Source of the DNA: an uncultured Clostridia bacterium
GTDB lineage: Bacteria > Bacillota > Clostridia > Christensenellales > UBA1242
NCBI GenBank assembly: GCA_904397185.1
Contig: CAJFOL010000073.1
Location: 1 to 35,516 of the forward strand
Direction: 5' to 3'
DNA: 35,516 nt
The notes beneath the pieces are model-generated. The model searched no databases and was not told the origin of the DNA. It saw only the letters and a program-made list of their open reading frames with translations. The stretch's first letter is position 1. Every line of letters starts with the position of its first letter. Made by a program: the position numbers and the translations under genes. Positions 34,830-35,516 of this stretch are shown here, in pieces.

Positions 34830-35459
34830 TTAAGCCGTTTTTTCATCAAATTCATCAATATTTTCTTGATTTTGCTTTTCATTATCCTTCTTCTCTTTTT
34901 GGATGAGAAGCCTATTATATATCTTTAAAAATTTAGGTCTTAAATATCGCTGAACAAGTATTGGCATTATATGAAGAAGAAAATTCAAGAAAAATACAGG
35001 TAATCCAATCGTGAAAATGTATTCTCGTGGCAAGAATATGAATATAAGCAAACCCGCCACTATAGAGTAAAAATGCAAGGCTTCGGCTATGCAATTCTCT
35101 GTCAAAAATTTATAAATATATTCTGGGTTATTCGGCTCTGCAATTTCAGTCTTTGCAAAACCACTAAGTTTGCCGAGTTCTGGTATCTTATCCTTCCATT
35201 TTTTTATTTTCAATTTGTTATATAATTCATTCTCTTTGCTGTAAACTTTATATCTCTTTCGATACGGATTAAAGACCTTTGATGGTAGTATTCGGGTAAT
35301 TAATGTTATTACACCCGACATCAAACCACACACAACTACTGCTAAAAACAAATATAAAAACATTGCACCTACGTCCTTGTTCTCTGTAAGCACATAAAAG
35401 AGATTCCCTCCCATTATGATTGTTAAACCAACTGACAATATTGCAATGTATAATTTCAT
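34830..35459 (-). CDS. Membrane protein resembling the CrtO (glycosyl-4,4'-diaponeurosporenoate acyltransferase) family
   Basis: YNKLKIKKWKDKIP, FLTENCIAEALH and ILVQRYLRP match my recollection of CrtO-like motifs. About 4 TM segments. Confidence 0.7.
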   Translation of the reverse strand: MKLYIAILSVGLTIIMGGNLFYVLTENKDVGAMFLYLFLAVVVCGLMSGVITLITRILPSKVFNPYRKRYKVYSKENELYNKLKIKKWKDKIPELGKLSGFAKTEIAEPNNPEYIYKFLTENCIAEALHFYSIVAGLLIFIFLPREYIFTIGLPVFFLNFLLHIMPILVQRYLRPKFLKIYNRLLIQKEKKDNEKQNQENIDEFDEKTA

Positions 35460-35516
35460 ATTAATAGTTTAGCACAAATATCATAAAAAATAAAACAAGT
35501 TTTTAGATTTTACTAA

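Overview
Low-GC chromosomal window, most likely from a Bacillota/Clostridia-type bacterium (inferred from sigma-A consensus promoters, AGGAG RBSs, a lipobox and gene content). It is dominated by one intact 20,001-bp gene for a 6666-aa acidic lipoprotein built from Ig-like arrays and about 7 GLUG/beta-helix-type modules, ending in a glycine-rich tip. This gene is translationally coupled (ATGA overlap) to a RadC/JAB gene. Next to it, two paralogous winged-helix-like proteins with C-terminal transmembrane helices are divergently transcribed across an A-tract-phased spacer. uvrB and uvrA are separated by three self-contained promoter-gene-terminator units: an Ig-domain membrane protein and two WG-repeat proteins. 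The larger WG gene is coupled to an unannotated 36-aa microprotein that resembles its own C-terminal helix. The right end carries ttcA, gpmI, an MBL hydrolase and a CrtO-like gene, and the left edge a partial BspA-type LRR gene. I saw no rRNA, tRNA, CRISPR array, transposase or integrase. All domain calls are by eye; no database searches were run.
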